The notes under the pieces were generated by a model that was not told the origin of the DNA, ran no database searches, and saw only the letters and a program-made list of their open reading frames with translations. Both the position numbers and the translations under genes were made by a program. 64,000 nt of DNA from Candidatus Latescibacterota bacterium (GTDB lineage: Bacteria; Latescibacterota; UBA2968), in assembly GCA_965207885.1 (NCBI GenBank), contig OZ242311.1:832001-896000 (forward strand), in the 5' to 3' direction. Below are positions 30,019 to 38,544 of the stretch, in pieces (position 1 is the first letter of the stretch; each line of letters opens with the position of its first letter).

Positions 30019-30120
30019 CTGGACGCCTGCTTAAAACATGCAGGCGTGACGAGCAACAGGTGTCATCGCGGCATGCTTAAAGCATGTCCCGTAAGGTTGT
30101 AATACGGGGCCGCGATCCAG
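30019..30120. repeat. GTCA...CCAG-type palindromic repeat pair with nested mini-palindrome
   Basis: CTGGACGCCTGC...GCAGGCGTGAC and GTCATCGCGGC...GCCGCGATCCAG. Confidence 0.7.
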
Positions 30121-30158
30121 GAGGTTTTTGCTGACTGCTGACTGCTGGTAGCTGATAG

Positions 30159-31190
30159 CTAAATTTCCACATCAAATTTTTTTGCGGTTTCGCAAATTTG
30201 TTCCCACGTTGTGTCTTCTATGGGGACTCCGTTTGCTTCGCGTTCACAACCCGTGCGATGGGAGCGTTCGCCCGGTACGAGTATTTCGTCGAATCCCGGC
30301 GCGGTTTTTGCCGATTTTACGTAGTCGATGAATTGTCCGATTTCGGCTTTAAAGTCGGAGATGGGTTGGAATGCATCGATGCGAATGGCCTGTACAAATA
30401 GGGCATTGCCCGTTACGGGTGAATTTTCGCGGGTGCAGCCGGCGGGCGATAGGGCGCCGGATAAGATGTCGAAGATGAATGATAGGCCATATCCTTTGTG
30501 GTCGCCAAAGGGGGTTAGTGCGGCGTTGCCGTGTACGTAAGCCGCGGGGTCAGTTGTGGGGTTGCCTTCGGCGTCGATGAGCCAATTTTTGGGTACGCGT
30601 TCGCCCCGGGCCAGAGCGACCCGCATTTTGCCACCTGCCGCAGTTGCGGCGGTCAGGTCCAGTGAGATGGGGAAGTCGCGGTCCGAAGGAAATGCAACGG
30701 CGAGGCAATTCGCGGGCAAGATGCGTCCCAGTCCTCCCCACGGTGCCATCGAGAGGTCGGCGCCGTGGCCGTTGTTGCTCATTAGTCCGGCCATGTTTTC
30801 AGCCGCGGCGAGGACGGGATAGCCACCCAATCGCCCGATGTGGTTGCACTGGTGTACTGTTACGATGCCGACAGCACTTTTTTGGGCTTTTTGGATGGCG
30901 ATGTGCATGGCTTCTGTTGCGGTTACGTGCCCAAATCCCCAGTGCCCGTTTACGACGGCTGTTGCATCGGTTTCCCGTTCGATTTCCACGGTTGTTCCGA
31001 GTTGTATTTGACCGCTCTGAACGCCGGATACGTATTGCGGAATGCGGACTACGCCGTGCGAGTCGTGTCCCGCGAGATTGGACGATACGAGCAGATCGGC
31101 CACGATTCGGGCTTCTTCGGGCGTTGCACCTATGCGTTCGAAGACTTCGCGGCCAATGCGCCGCAGTTTATTGGGATTGAAAATTGGCAT
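30159..31190 (-). CDS. Ldh_2 family (malate/L-lactate/L-sulfolactate) dehydrogenase
   Basis: GHDSHG, NHIGRLG, HKGYGL, ILVPGE. Confidence 0.9.
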   Translation of the reverse strand: MPIFNPNKLRRIGREVFERIGATPEEARIVADLLVSSNLAGHDSHGVVRIPQYVSGVQSGQIQLGTTVEIERETDATAVVNGHWGFGHVTATEAMHIAIQKAQKSAVGIVTVHQCNHIGRLGGYPVLAAAENMAGLMSNNGHGADLSMAPWGGLGRILPANCLAVAFPSDRDFPISLDLTAATAAGGKMRVALARGERVPKNWLIDAEGNPTTDPAAYVHGNAALTPFGDHKGYGLSFIFDILSGALSPAGCTRENSPVTGNALFVQAIRIDAFQPISDFKAEIGQFIDYVKSAKTAPGFDEILVPGERSHRTGCEREANGVPIEDTTWEQICETAKKFDVEI

Positions 31191-31195
31191 GGGGA

Positions 31196-33052
31196 TTATC
31201 CATCATAAGCTGCGGCGATTTCGTTTTCATAAATTTCTTCTATTCTTTTGGGTACGACCTTTTTCAATCCCCGCGTGAGGGTTCCCGTTTCTTCGCTCAA
31301 CTGGTCTGGCAAGATCAGTACTTTTTGTGGTCGCTCGTGCGCGGGAAGGCCAGATTCCGTGGCTTCTTTTAACAGTTGCTCGCGGATGCGCTCGGCTATT
31401 GCGGGATGGCTGCACAGGGCTTCCTCATCGTCTGTGGGCAGATCGGGAATATCTGTTTGCAATTGGGCTTCTTCTACATTTACGGTGACGATGGGTAGGG
31501 GGAATGTGCGGGTCTGATCGCCGCAGATTAAGACGTGTTCTATGAGCGATGCGCGAGCGAATATGCGTTCGAGACGTTCTGGGTTGACAAATTCGCCGTT
31601 GCTCAATTTAAATTGCCGTCCAAAGCGTCCCTGGAATGTCAAGAATCCCTCGTCGTCCATGCTGAACAAATCACCTGTGCGATACCACACTTTACCCGCT
31701 TCATCGGTTACGAGTACTTCGGCGGTGCGTTCGGGGTCGTTGAGGTACCCCGTCATGACGTGATTGCCGTGTACCCACAACTCGCCAATGCCATCGCCGC
31801 TGCCGCTGTAGGTCTCTGTCTTTGGGTCACCGTGGGCGATTTCCTCGCCTGTTTCGGCGATGATTTTTACTTCTTGTAATGGCTTTCCAACGGTGCCTGT
31901 TTTTTGTCCGGTCAGCACATTTGCCGCGATCAGGGGGCTGCATTCGGTGACGCCATAACCTTCGAGGGAGGTGATGTCCAGTACGTCCTGGAAAAAGTCG
32001 AGGGCTTCGGGGTCGGCTTTTGCGGAGCCGACGATTAACAATTCGAGGCGGCTGCCCACGCGCTGCGAGAGTTTTTCTTTGATTTGTCCGACAATTTTTT
32101 TGCCCAGTGTGGCGTTGACGAGGCGGTCGATGATCGATGCTTCACCGCGTGTAATGCGCTGTTTGGCGCGCAGTGACCGGGCGATTAATGTGCCTTTTGC
32201 ACCGCCAGCATCAATTTCTTTTCGCACGTTGCCAAATACTTTGTCTAAGATCAGGGGGACGGTTAAAAAACCTTCGGGTTCAGAATATCGAATATCCACG
32301 AGTACGCGATCCGGCGACCGCGCCAGGTCCAGTGTCCAGCCTTTTGCCAGGGGGTAATAGATATTTAATATGCCCATGGTGTGATAGTCGGGCGCGGATT
32401 TGAATAAGATGACCGGGTCGCGGTTGCTGATCGTATCCCATACGGATAGGATATTGCCGACGAGATTGCGATGGGTTTGTATCACGCCTTTGGGCAATCC
32501 CGATGATCCCGATGTGTACACGATTTTCGATTCGTCATCGGGTTCTATTGCTACGTCTGGCGGCGGTGATTCCGCGCCTTGTTGCGTTAGTTCAAAAAAT
32601 GAGCGTGCGTTATCGCCCTGTCCTTCTGTCAGGACGATCTGAGGCGGATTGATCAGTTGCTCGTGCACGCGCTCGACCTGTTCCAAACTTCTTTCATCTG
32701 TGAACAAATAGGCAATGCCCGAATGGTTGATGCTGTGTACGAGCAAGTCATCGGGCAATTTGTTGCAGATCGGCACTGCGGATAGTCCCAGTATGTCGCA
32801 GGATAGAAAGACCAGGACAGATTCCAGACCGCCATCGGTCAATAGTCCGATGCGCTGCCCTTTTTCCAATCCTATTTGCGCCAGGCCCGATGCCAATCGG
32901 TCTCGCTGTGCCTTCAATTGCCGATATGTCAACGGCACGTATTGCAATCGCCTTTCGCCGGGTTCCTCTGGCTGGCGCAATACGCGGACTGCCGTGCGAT
33001 CCGCATGTCGGTCAAAACTGTCATTCAGTAAATCCTTGAGTGTTTCGCTCAT
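31196..33052 (-). CDS. AMP-dependent long-chain acyl-CoA synthetase
   Basis: YTSGSSGLPKG, EGYGVTE, YRTGD. Confidence 0.9.
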   Translation of the reverse strand: MSETLKDLLNDSFDRHADRTAVRVLRQPEEPGERRLQYVPLTYRQLKAQRDRLASGLAQIGLEKGQRIGLLTDGGLESVLVFLSCDILGLSAVPICNKLPDDLLVHSINHSGIAYLFTDERSLEQVERVHEQLINPPQIVLTEGQGDNARSFFELTQQGAESPPPDVAIEPDDESKIVYTSGSSGLPKGVIQTHRNLVGNILSVWDTISNRDPVILFKSAPDYHTMGILNIYYPLAKGWTLDLARSPDRVLVDIRYSEPEGFLTVPLILDKVFGNVRKEIDAGGAKGTLIARSLRAKQRITRGEASIIDRLVNATLGKKIVGQIKEKLSQRVGSRLELLIVGSAKADPEALDFFQDVLDITSLEGYGVTECSPLIAANVLTGQKTGTVGKPLQEVKIIAETGEEIAHGDPKTETYSGSGDGIGELWVHGNHVMTGYLNDPERTAEVLVTDEAGKVWYRTGDLFSMDDEGFLTFQGRFGRQFKLSNGEFVNPERLERIFARASLIEHVLICGDQTRTFPLPIVTVNVEEAQLQTDIPDLPTDDEEALCSHPAIAERIREQLLKEATESGLPAHERPQKVLILPDQLSEETGTLTRGLKKVVPKRIEEIYENEIAAAYDG

Positions 33053-33092
33053 GGTTGGTCCTCCCATTGGCCGAAAATTTTTGGCTCGATAA

Positions 33093-33326
33093 TCAAATTG
33101 GTGTTGTCAAATAGAGATCCTTCAGGGCCTTTGCTTCGTGATCCAGAACAGCTTTCACCTGCCACTCTTCGACGCCGTGGAACCAATCGAGAAACTGCTC
33201 GACAGAAGCGCCCTCTCGAAGATTCTCGAACAGGGCATATACAGGGACGCGCGTTCCACGAAATACCCAGGCTCCGCTCACTTTGGCCGGATGTCGTTCG
33301 ACAGCTGTGCATTTATCCCAGTTCAT
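33093..33326 (-). CDS. DUF433 antitoxin-like protein
   Basis: SGAWVFRGTRVPV..LFENL..GASVEQFL; ATGA overlap with higA stop. Confidence 0.85.
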   Translation of the reverse strand: MNWDKCTAVERHPAKVSGAWVFRGTRVPVYALFENLREGASVEQFLDWFHGVEEWQVKAVLDHEAKALKDLYLTTPI

Positions 33327-33724
33327 TTTTGGTAAACTTTCTCTGATGGCTTGCGAGATGCGCTTGCGTCTGGCTGTTGCAAGAGCGCTTCGGCGGGAAT
33401 GCCAAGGCCATTGATGAGTTTGTGGATCATAGCTACACTCAAAGGACACTTGCCCGATAGTACGTCGGAGACCTTACTTTCATTTCCAATGTAGGGGACG
33501 AGAACCTTTTGCTTTAGCCCCTGCTGCGCCATCCGAAACTTGATGGCCGTAATTGGGTCGGGCAGGTCAATTGGGTAGGCTGTATCTTCGTAATGCTCGA
33601 TCAAAGTAACGAGTGATTCCAACTCTTCACCCTCTGATGTTCCCGGTTTTGCATCAAAAATCTCGTCTGCACGCGCGAGGGCAGCTTTGTAATCTGCTTC
33701 TGTTTTTATTGGCTTGTGCATCAC
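33323..33724 (-). CDS. higA: HigA-type HTH antitoxin
   Basis: KPIKTEADYKAAL, LIEHYE, PDPITAIKFRM, SKVSDVL. Confidence 0.88.
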   Translation of the reverse strand: MMHKPIKTEADYKAALARADEIFDAKPGTSEGEELESLVTLIEHYEDTAYPIDLPDPITAIKFRMAQQGLKQKVLVPYIGNESKVSDVLSGKCPLSVAMIHKLINGLGIPAEALLQQPDASASRKPSEKVYQK

Positions 33725-34016
33725 ACTGTCTCCGCATTGATCTTGTCGTATTCTCGATGTGTTCCCAGAAAACGAATGTAGATCGTTCGATATGTGTAAT
33801 TAATCCTTACTACCAAACGATACCTGTTGCCGCATATATTGAACACGACCCTACCTCCCCTTAGAATACTGGCATTTCCGTATTTGGCTTTGACATCAAC
33901 GGGTGAGGCCCAATCAGCCGCTTTTACCTCTGTATGCCAGGCTTCGAGTTCTGATTTGGCCTCAGGGACGTGGGTCCAGTAGTCTCTCTCAGAGCTTTTT
34001 TACTGATGATTCTCAC
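33721..34016 (-). pseudogene. higB: HigB toxin with +2 frameshift in a GA repeat
   Basis: GTG-RIISKKALR / DYWTHVPEAKSELEAW...RVVFNICGNRYRLVV...FLGTHREYDKI; length 296 = 3n+2. Confidence 0.85.
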
Positions 34017-34048
34017 GTAATTTGTACTTCCCTCCAGGCATTCGCTCT

Positions 34049-34642
34049 CTATTTCCCAGGATCAATATATCCTTCATCAACCATTTCATCAACCAATTCT
34101 TGTACGCGGTTCCATAGAATGGGTGCGCCGATTGAGATGTGGCCGTTGCTTTGTAAGACGCGGTCGGCGGTGATCCCGTGTTCTTTCCAGGCGCGTCCCT
34201 GAGTATTGCAATTGTGCAGAAAGGGTTGGAAGCGGTCCAGCGCGCCCGCGAATTTTGCTTCGGGCGTTTCTTTTGCTTCAAATTCTTCCCACAATGCGCG
34301 TATCTCTGCGCCCTGTTCTGCAGGCAAGAGCGCAAAGATGCGATCGGCGGCTTTTGCCTCGCGCTCGGCTTTGTCGGCGTTGCCCGATTCGTCGTAGAGA
34401 AAGGTGTCGCCCGCGTCGATTTCCACGAGGTCGTGTACCAGTGCCATTTTGATTACTTTCAGGATATTCACTGGTTCGGGCGCGTATTCCGCGAGGATGA
34501 GTGCAAACATGGCAAAATGCCACGAGTGTTCGGCGTCGTTTTCTTTGCGCGTTTCGTCGAGCAAATAGGTTTGCCGAATGATTTGCTTGAGTTTATCGAT
34601 TTCGAGGAGAAATTCAATTTGTTGTTGTAATCGGTCGGTCAT
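34049..34642 (-). CDS. HD-domain hydrolase (HDDC2/YfbR-like)
   Basis: ENDAEHSW, VHDLVEIDAGD. Confidence 0.9.
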   Translation of the reverse strand: MTDRLQQQIEFLLEIDKLKQIIRQTYLLDETRKENDAEHSWHFAMFALILAEYAPEPVNILKVIKMALVHDLVEIDAGDTFLYDESGNADKAEREAKAADRIFALLPAEQGAEIRALWEEFEAKETPEAKFAGALDRFQPFLHNCNTQGRAWKEHGITADRVLQSNGHISIGAPILWNRVQELVDEMVDEGYIDPGK

Positions 34643-34666
34643 GATAAAAGCTTTCAGCGATCAGCG

Positions 34667-34728
34667 GTAGGGGACGGCCCCTGTGCCGTCCCAGCCGTTA
34701 GCGGGCGACCACAAGGGATCGCCCCTAC
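34667..34728. repeat. Inverted GTAG-type REP doublet
   Basis: GTAGGGGACGG...CCGTCCC + GGGCGACC...TCGCCCCTAC. Confidence 0.75.
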
Positions 34729-35723
34729 AATAATTCACCTAAAATTCGCATTATTCCAGTTAGTTTTTCGCCGGGTTGGAGACGTATCAGGCCCGCGTCG
34801 ATGCCCTGGTTTTGCAGGTTGAAGGCGTTGGTGACGCAGGTGTAGGGTTCAAAGCAGATAATGGGACGGGTGTCGGGGGCGTAGAGTACGAGTTCTCGAA
34901 ATGCGTCATTGGCTTCCATTGCGATGGTTACGCCTTCGGTTGGGTCGATATACTCACATCTGCTCCATCCATCGGCTATAGATACGCCGGACCAGACGTT
35001 GTCGTAATACCGATCTTTTAAGGGCGTGTTTTCGCGTACGTCAAATACCGTGCCGTCAACGGGTAGTATTTCTCCTGTGGGTATCGGGTCGTCGCGCAAG
35101 GGCCAGTAGGTCGATGCGGGCATGCGTACGGTACACAGGTCCCGGTTGCCGTTTTCTGTAAGGGGTAGGGGGAAATAGGGGTGGATGCCGAGGCCGACGG
35201 GCATGTCGCTATCGCCCATATTGGTTCCTTCAAATTCGAGGTGTAGTATTCCGTCTTTCAGTCGATATGTTACCCGCGCTTCAAAGGGGAAGGGATAGTG
35301 TGCGCCGATTTCTGGGAAGTCAGTCGATGTGAAGACGCTGGTTACCCACGCACTTGCTGAGGTGCCGGTTTCGACTACGCGCCAGGGGCGTTCGTGGACG
35401 TAGCCGTGAGAGGCGTGTTCGCCCGGGGCAGGGGTTTCGAGCTGGTATTCTGCGCCGTCAAATGTGAATTTGCCGCTGTCTATGCGGTTGGGCCAGGGGT
35501 ATAATATGGGGGTGCCGTATCCGCTGGCACGGCCTTTGAGGGTGTCGGGATCGGGTGGGGAGTAAAGGAGTTCTAACAGGCCATCATCTTTTGGGATTTT
35601 GTACGAGATGCAATTGTTGCCCACCGATGGTAGGACCCGGGCTTCACAATTGGTTTCGAAATCGCGCAGTACGTAGAGCGTGTGTCCGTGAAAGTCCTCT
35701 TGTTGTACGCCATATTGTGCCAT
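34725..35723 (-). CDS. Aldose 1-epimerase family protein
   Basis: PWPNRI, SHG, GIHPYF, ICFEPYT. Confidence 0.9.
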   Translation of the reverse strand: MAQYGVQQEDFHGHTLYVLRDFETNCEARVLPSVGNNCISYKIPKDDGLLELLYSPPDPDTLKGRASGYGTPILYPWPNRIDSGKFTFDGAEYQLETPAPGEHASHGYVHERPWRVVETGTSASAWVTSVFTSTDFPEIGAHYPFPFEARVTYRLKDGILHLEFEGTNMGDSDMPVGLGIHPYFPLPLTENGNRDLCTVRMPASTYWPLRDDPIPTGEILPVDGTVFDVRENTPLKDRYYDNVWSGVSIADGWSRCEYIDPTEGVTIAMEANDAFRELVLYAPDTRPIICFEPYTCVTNAFNLQNQGIDAGLIRLQPGEKLTGIMRILGELL

Positions 35724-35733
35724 TGTTCCCCCT

Positions 35734-36513
35734 TTACTGCGGCAAGGGCCAGGCTTCGCCGGCCATGAAGCCACCATCTACGTAGATGGATTGTCCGGTG
35801 ACGTAATCCGATGCGGGCGCGGCGAGGAATACGGCGGTGCCGACGAGGTCTTCGGGTGTTGCCAATCGCTTTATGGGCAGACGGGATTCGGCCCATTCGC
35901 GCATTGTATCATCTTCCCAGAGTCGCTCGGTCAATGGCGTGACCACAAAGCCCGGGCATATTGTGTTTACCTGGATGTTGTGCTTGCCGAGTTCTAATGT
36001 CTGGGCTTTGGCGAGTTGCCCGACTGCGCCTTTGGTGGCGGTATAGACAGAAATTTGCGATAAGGACCAGTCGGTTGTCAATGAGCCGATGTGGATGATT
36101 TTGCCCCGTTTGCGCGAGATCATGTGTTTGACTGCGGTCTGTGTTAAGAAGTAGAGGCCCTTCAAGTTGACGGCCATGATTTCGTCGTAGTGTTCTTCTG
36201 TTACGTCTTCAAATGGTTCGCGTATGTTCATTCCCGCGTTGTTGACGAGGATGTCGATTTGTCCATACGTTTCAAGTGCTGTATCGACGCCGCCGCGCAC
36301 GGAGTTCAGGTCTTTCATGTCCATTTCATAAGCGATGGCGTCGCCTCCCGCTTGTCGAATTGCGGCTACGACTTCGTCTAATTGAGATCGGGTGCGCGCA
36401 GCACATACAATTTTCGCGCCCTGTGTAGCCAAACCTTCTGCTATGCCGCGTCCAATACCGCGCCCCGCTCCAGTTACTATGGCGACGCGACCTTCGAGTG
36501 AAAACAATGACAT
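35734..36513 (-). CDS. SDR oxidoreductase (gluconate 5-dehydrogenase-like)
   Basis: TGAGRGIG, NNAG, YTATK. Confidence 0.9.
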   Translation of the reverse strand: MSLFSLEGRVAIVTGAGRGIGRGIAEGLATQGAKIVCAARTRSQLDEVVAAIRQAGGDAIAYEMDMKDLNSVRGGVDTALETYGQIDILVNNAGMNIREPFEDVTEEHYDEIMAVNLKGLYFLTQTAVKHMISRKRGKIIHIGSLTTDWSLSQISVYTATKGAVGQLAKAQTLELGKHNIQVNTICPGFVVTPLTERLWEDDTMREWAESRLPIKRLATPEDLVGTAVFLAAPASDYVTGQSIYVDGGFMAGEAWPLPQ

Positions 36514-36600
36514 TAATGCCTCCTGAGAATGCTAATTAGAAATTGAAAATTAAGAATACTAATAAGGTAACCACCAAAACAGGTCAAGTCCACTTGCAAA

Positions 36601-36622
36601 AATATGCTAAATTTAGCATATT
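36601..36622. promoter_or_regulatory. Perfect palindromic operator in TA promoter
   Basis: AATATGCTAAATTTAGCATATT between TTGCAA and the toxin ATG. Confidence 0.7.
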
Positions 36623-36629
36623 ATCTATT

Positions 36630-36989
36630 ATGGATACAAAACTCCAAAGATCCATTATCTGGATCGGTTCATCGCTAAGAGACCTGCGGAAACTTCCAGG
36701 TGCAGTGAGACGAGAAATTGGACACGCGCTTCACATGGAGGAAGTTGGAGAAAGATCTCATAAAGCAAAGACGTTAAAGGGCTTTTCTGGCGTCATTGAA
36801 ATTGTCAGCGATTATGCAACAAACACTTATCGAGCAGTTTATGCAATAAAAATTGACGACAACATCTATGTTTTGCATGTCTTTCAAAAAAAATCAAAAC
36901 GCGGTATTGCAACAACAAAACGCGATCTGGATACAATAAAAAGACGTTTGAAAATGGCAGAACAAATTGCAAAGGAAAATAAAACATGA
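36630..36989 (+). CDS. RelE/HigB (Gp49-like) toxin
   Basis: WIGSSLRDLR, YRAVYA, YVLHVFQKKSKRG. Confidence 0.88.
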   Translation: MDTKLQRSIIWIGSSLRDLRKLPGAVRREIGHALHMEEVGERSHKAKTLKGFSGVIEIVSDYATNTYRAVYAIKIDDNIYVLHVFQKKSKRGIATTKRDLDTIKRRLKMAEQIAKENKT

Positions 36990-37336
36990 GCGAAAAAGCA
37001 GACTACACAGTCGGGTCGGGCAACGTATTCAAGGACCTGGGATTTGACCGTCCAGAAGAAGAATTGGCAAAATCAGATTTAGCAATTCAAATTAATAAAA
37101 TCATTGAACAAAAAGGTTGGACGCAAAAAAAAGCCGCAGGTGTTCTCGGCATTGACCAACCCAAAGTCTCTGCACTTAAGAATGGACGATTGGCCGGATT
37201 TTCTATCGAGCGTCTGTTGTCTTTCTTGCGGGCATTAGACCGGGACATCGATATTGTCGTTCGGCCAAAAATTGGGCATAGCGCACATATTCAGGTCGCA
37301 GAAGCCGTCAATCGTCCCAAGTATATCACACGATAG
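36986..37336 (+). CDS. XRE/HTH antitoxin (HigA-like)
   Basis: GSGNVFKDLG, TQKKAAGVLGIDQPKVS, FSIERL. Confidence 0.9.
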   Translation: MSEKADYTVGSGNVFKDLGFDRPEEELAKSDLAIQINKIIEQKGWTQKKAAGVLGIDQPKVSALKNGRLAGFSIERLLSFLRALDRDIDIVVRPKIGHSAHIQVAEAVNRPKYITR

Positions 37337-37356
37337 AGTAAGACAGGATAACCGAT

Positions 37357-38541
37357 TCATTTTCTTTCAAACTGCCGCCGCAGTATTTCCCACAATGGGT
37401 TCGGTCCTCTCGGTTTGAGAGGTTCGGGGTCTTTGCCCTGTTCGATGGCCTGCCAGTAACGCCATCCCATTTTTTGTCCTGGCGCGATTTCATAATCGAG
37501 TCCCGTCCATGTGCCAGTACCTCGATATGCGTAAAAAGCCCAGTGCCAATTGCGCTGGTTATAGATTTCGATGAGGTCGGCCATATATGCTGCCGCGCCT
37601 TCAAGGCGACGGTCATACCAGAATTCCGAGGCGATGATTCGGTGTGCGGGTATGTTGTATTGTTCGGAAAATTTTTGAACTGCGTGCATTTGTTGCGCAA
37701 GGCGGTCAATGGTCCAGGATTCTGTTGGTCCGTTCCACGATTTGGGCACGCGGTCTGGATAGGCGTATCTGCCTTGATTGACGCGATAGGTTACCATTTG
37801 CCAGGGTCCGGGGTTGTGGAAGGCGTATAAGACCTTGTCATCGTCAACGGGGCGATTGTATTCGAATGCCCTGGGAGATGCATAGAACCAGCCGTCGAGG
37901 ATGATGGGGGTGTCTGTATCTACAGAGCGGATTGCTTTGACCATTTCTCGGTTGAATTGGTTGAGGTCGGCTGGCGTGTTCTGGATGCGTTTGAACCACT
38001 GGGCGAATTTTTCGTCTGGCGCGTCAAAGCCGAATGCCTTGTCCGGGTGTGGTTCGTTGAGGGGATTGTAAGCTACGATGGCGGGGTGTGTTTTCAGGCG
38101 TGCGGCGAGTTGGCGCCAGAATTCAAAGGCTTGTAGGTGATATTTTTTGTCTTTCCAGAGCCGCGCATCATCCTTGTCATTGTTTAGTTGTTTCCAGCGG
38201 GCGCCGGGTAGGCTGACCATTGTAAGGACGACTTTGATGCCGTTGCGTTCGGCTTCGTCGAGTGCTTCGATCAATAGGGATAGATCGGTTTCGTTGATTG
38301 CTTCGAAGTTGTCCGCATTGCCTATCAGGAAGTCCCTGCCTTCGGCGGGCCATGCGTCGGGTAAGATGCGCACATAGTCCAATCCCAATTCTCTTGCCGC
38401 AACGTACCATTCGGGACGGTGTTGGGCATTTTGTTGATTGGCGCCTTTGCGTTGTGTATTCCAAAAGGCGATTTTGGAGGGGTCGGCTATGGCACTGCTC
38501 GTAGAGAGGAATGCGACGGATAGCAATATGCGAAAAATCAT
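37357..38541 (-). CDS. Secreted GH5 family glycoside hydrolase
   Basis: Signal peptide, NEP acid/base motif, SEF nucleophile region. Confidence 0.8.
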   Translation of the reverse strand: MIFRILLSVAFLSTSSAIADPSKIAFWNTQRKGANQQNAQHRPEWYVAARELGLDYVRILPDAWPAEGRDFLIGNADNFEAINETDLSLLIEALDEAERNGIKVVLTMVSLPGARWKQLNNDKDDARLWKDKKYHLQAFEFWRQLAARLKTHPAIVAYNPLNEPHPDKAFGFDAPDEKFAQWFKRIQNTPADLNQFNREMVKAIRSVDTDTPIILDGWFYASPRAFEYNRPVDDDKVLYAFHNPGPWQMVTYRVNQGRYAYPDRVPKSWNGPTESWTIDRLAQQMHAVQKFSEQYNIPAHRIIASEFWYDRRLEGAAAYMADLIEIYNQRNWHWAFYAYRGTGTWTGLDYEIAPGQKMGWRYWQAIEQGKDPEPLKPRGPNPLWEILRRQFERK

Positions 38542-38544
38542 TTT

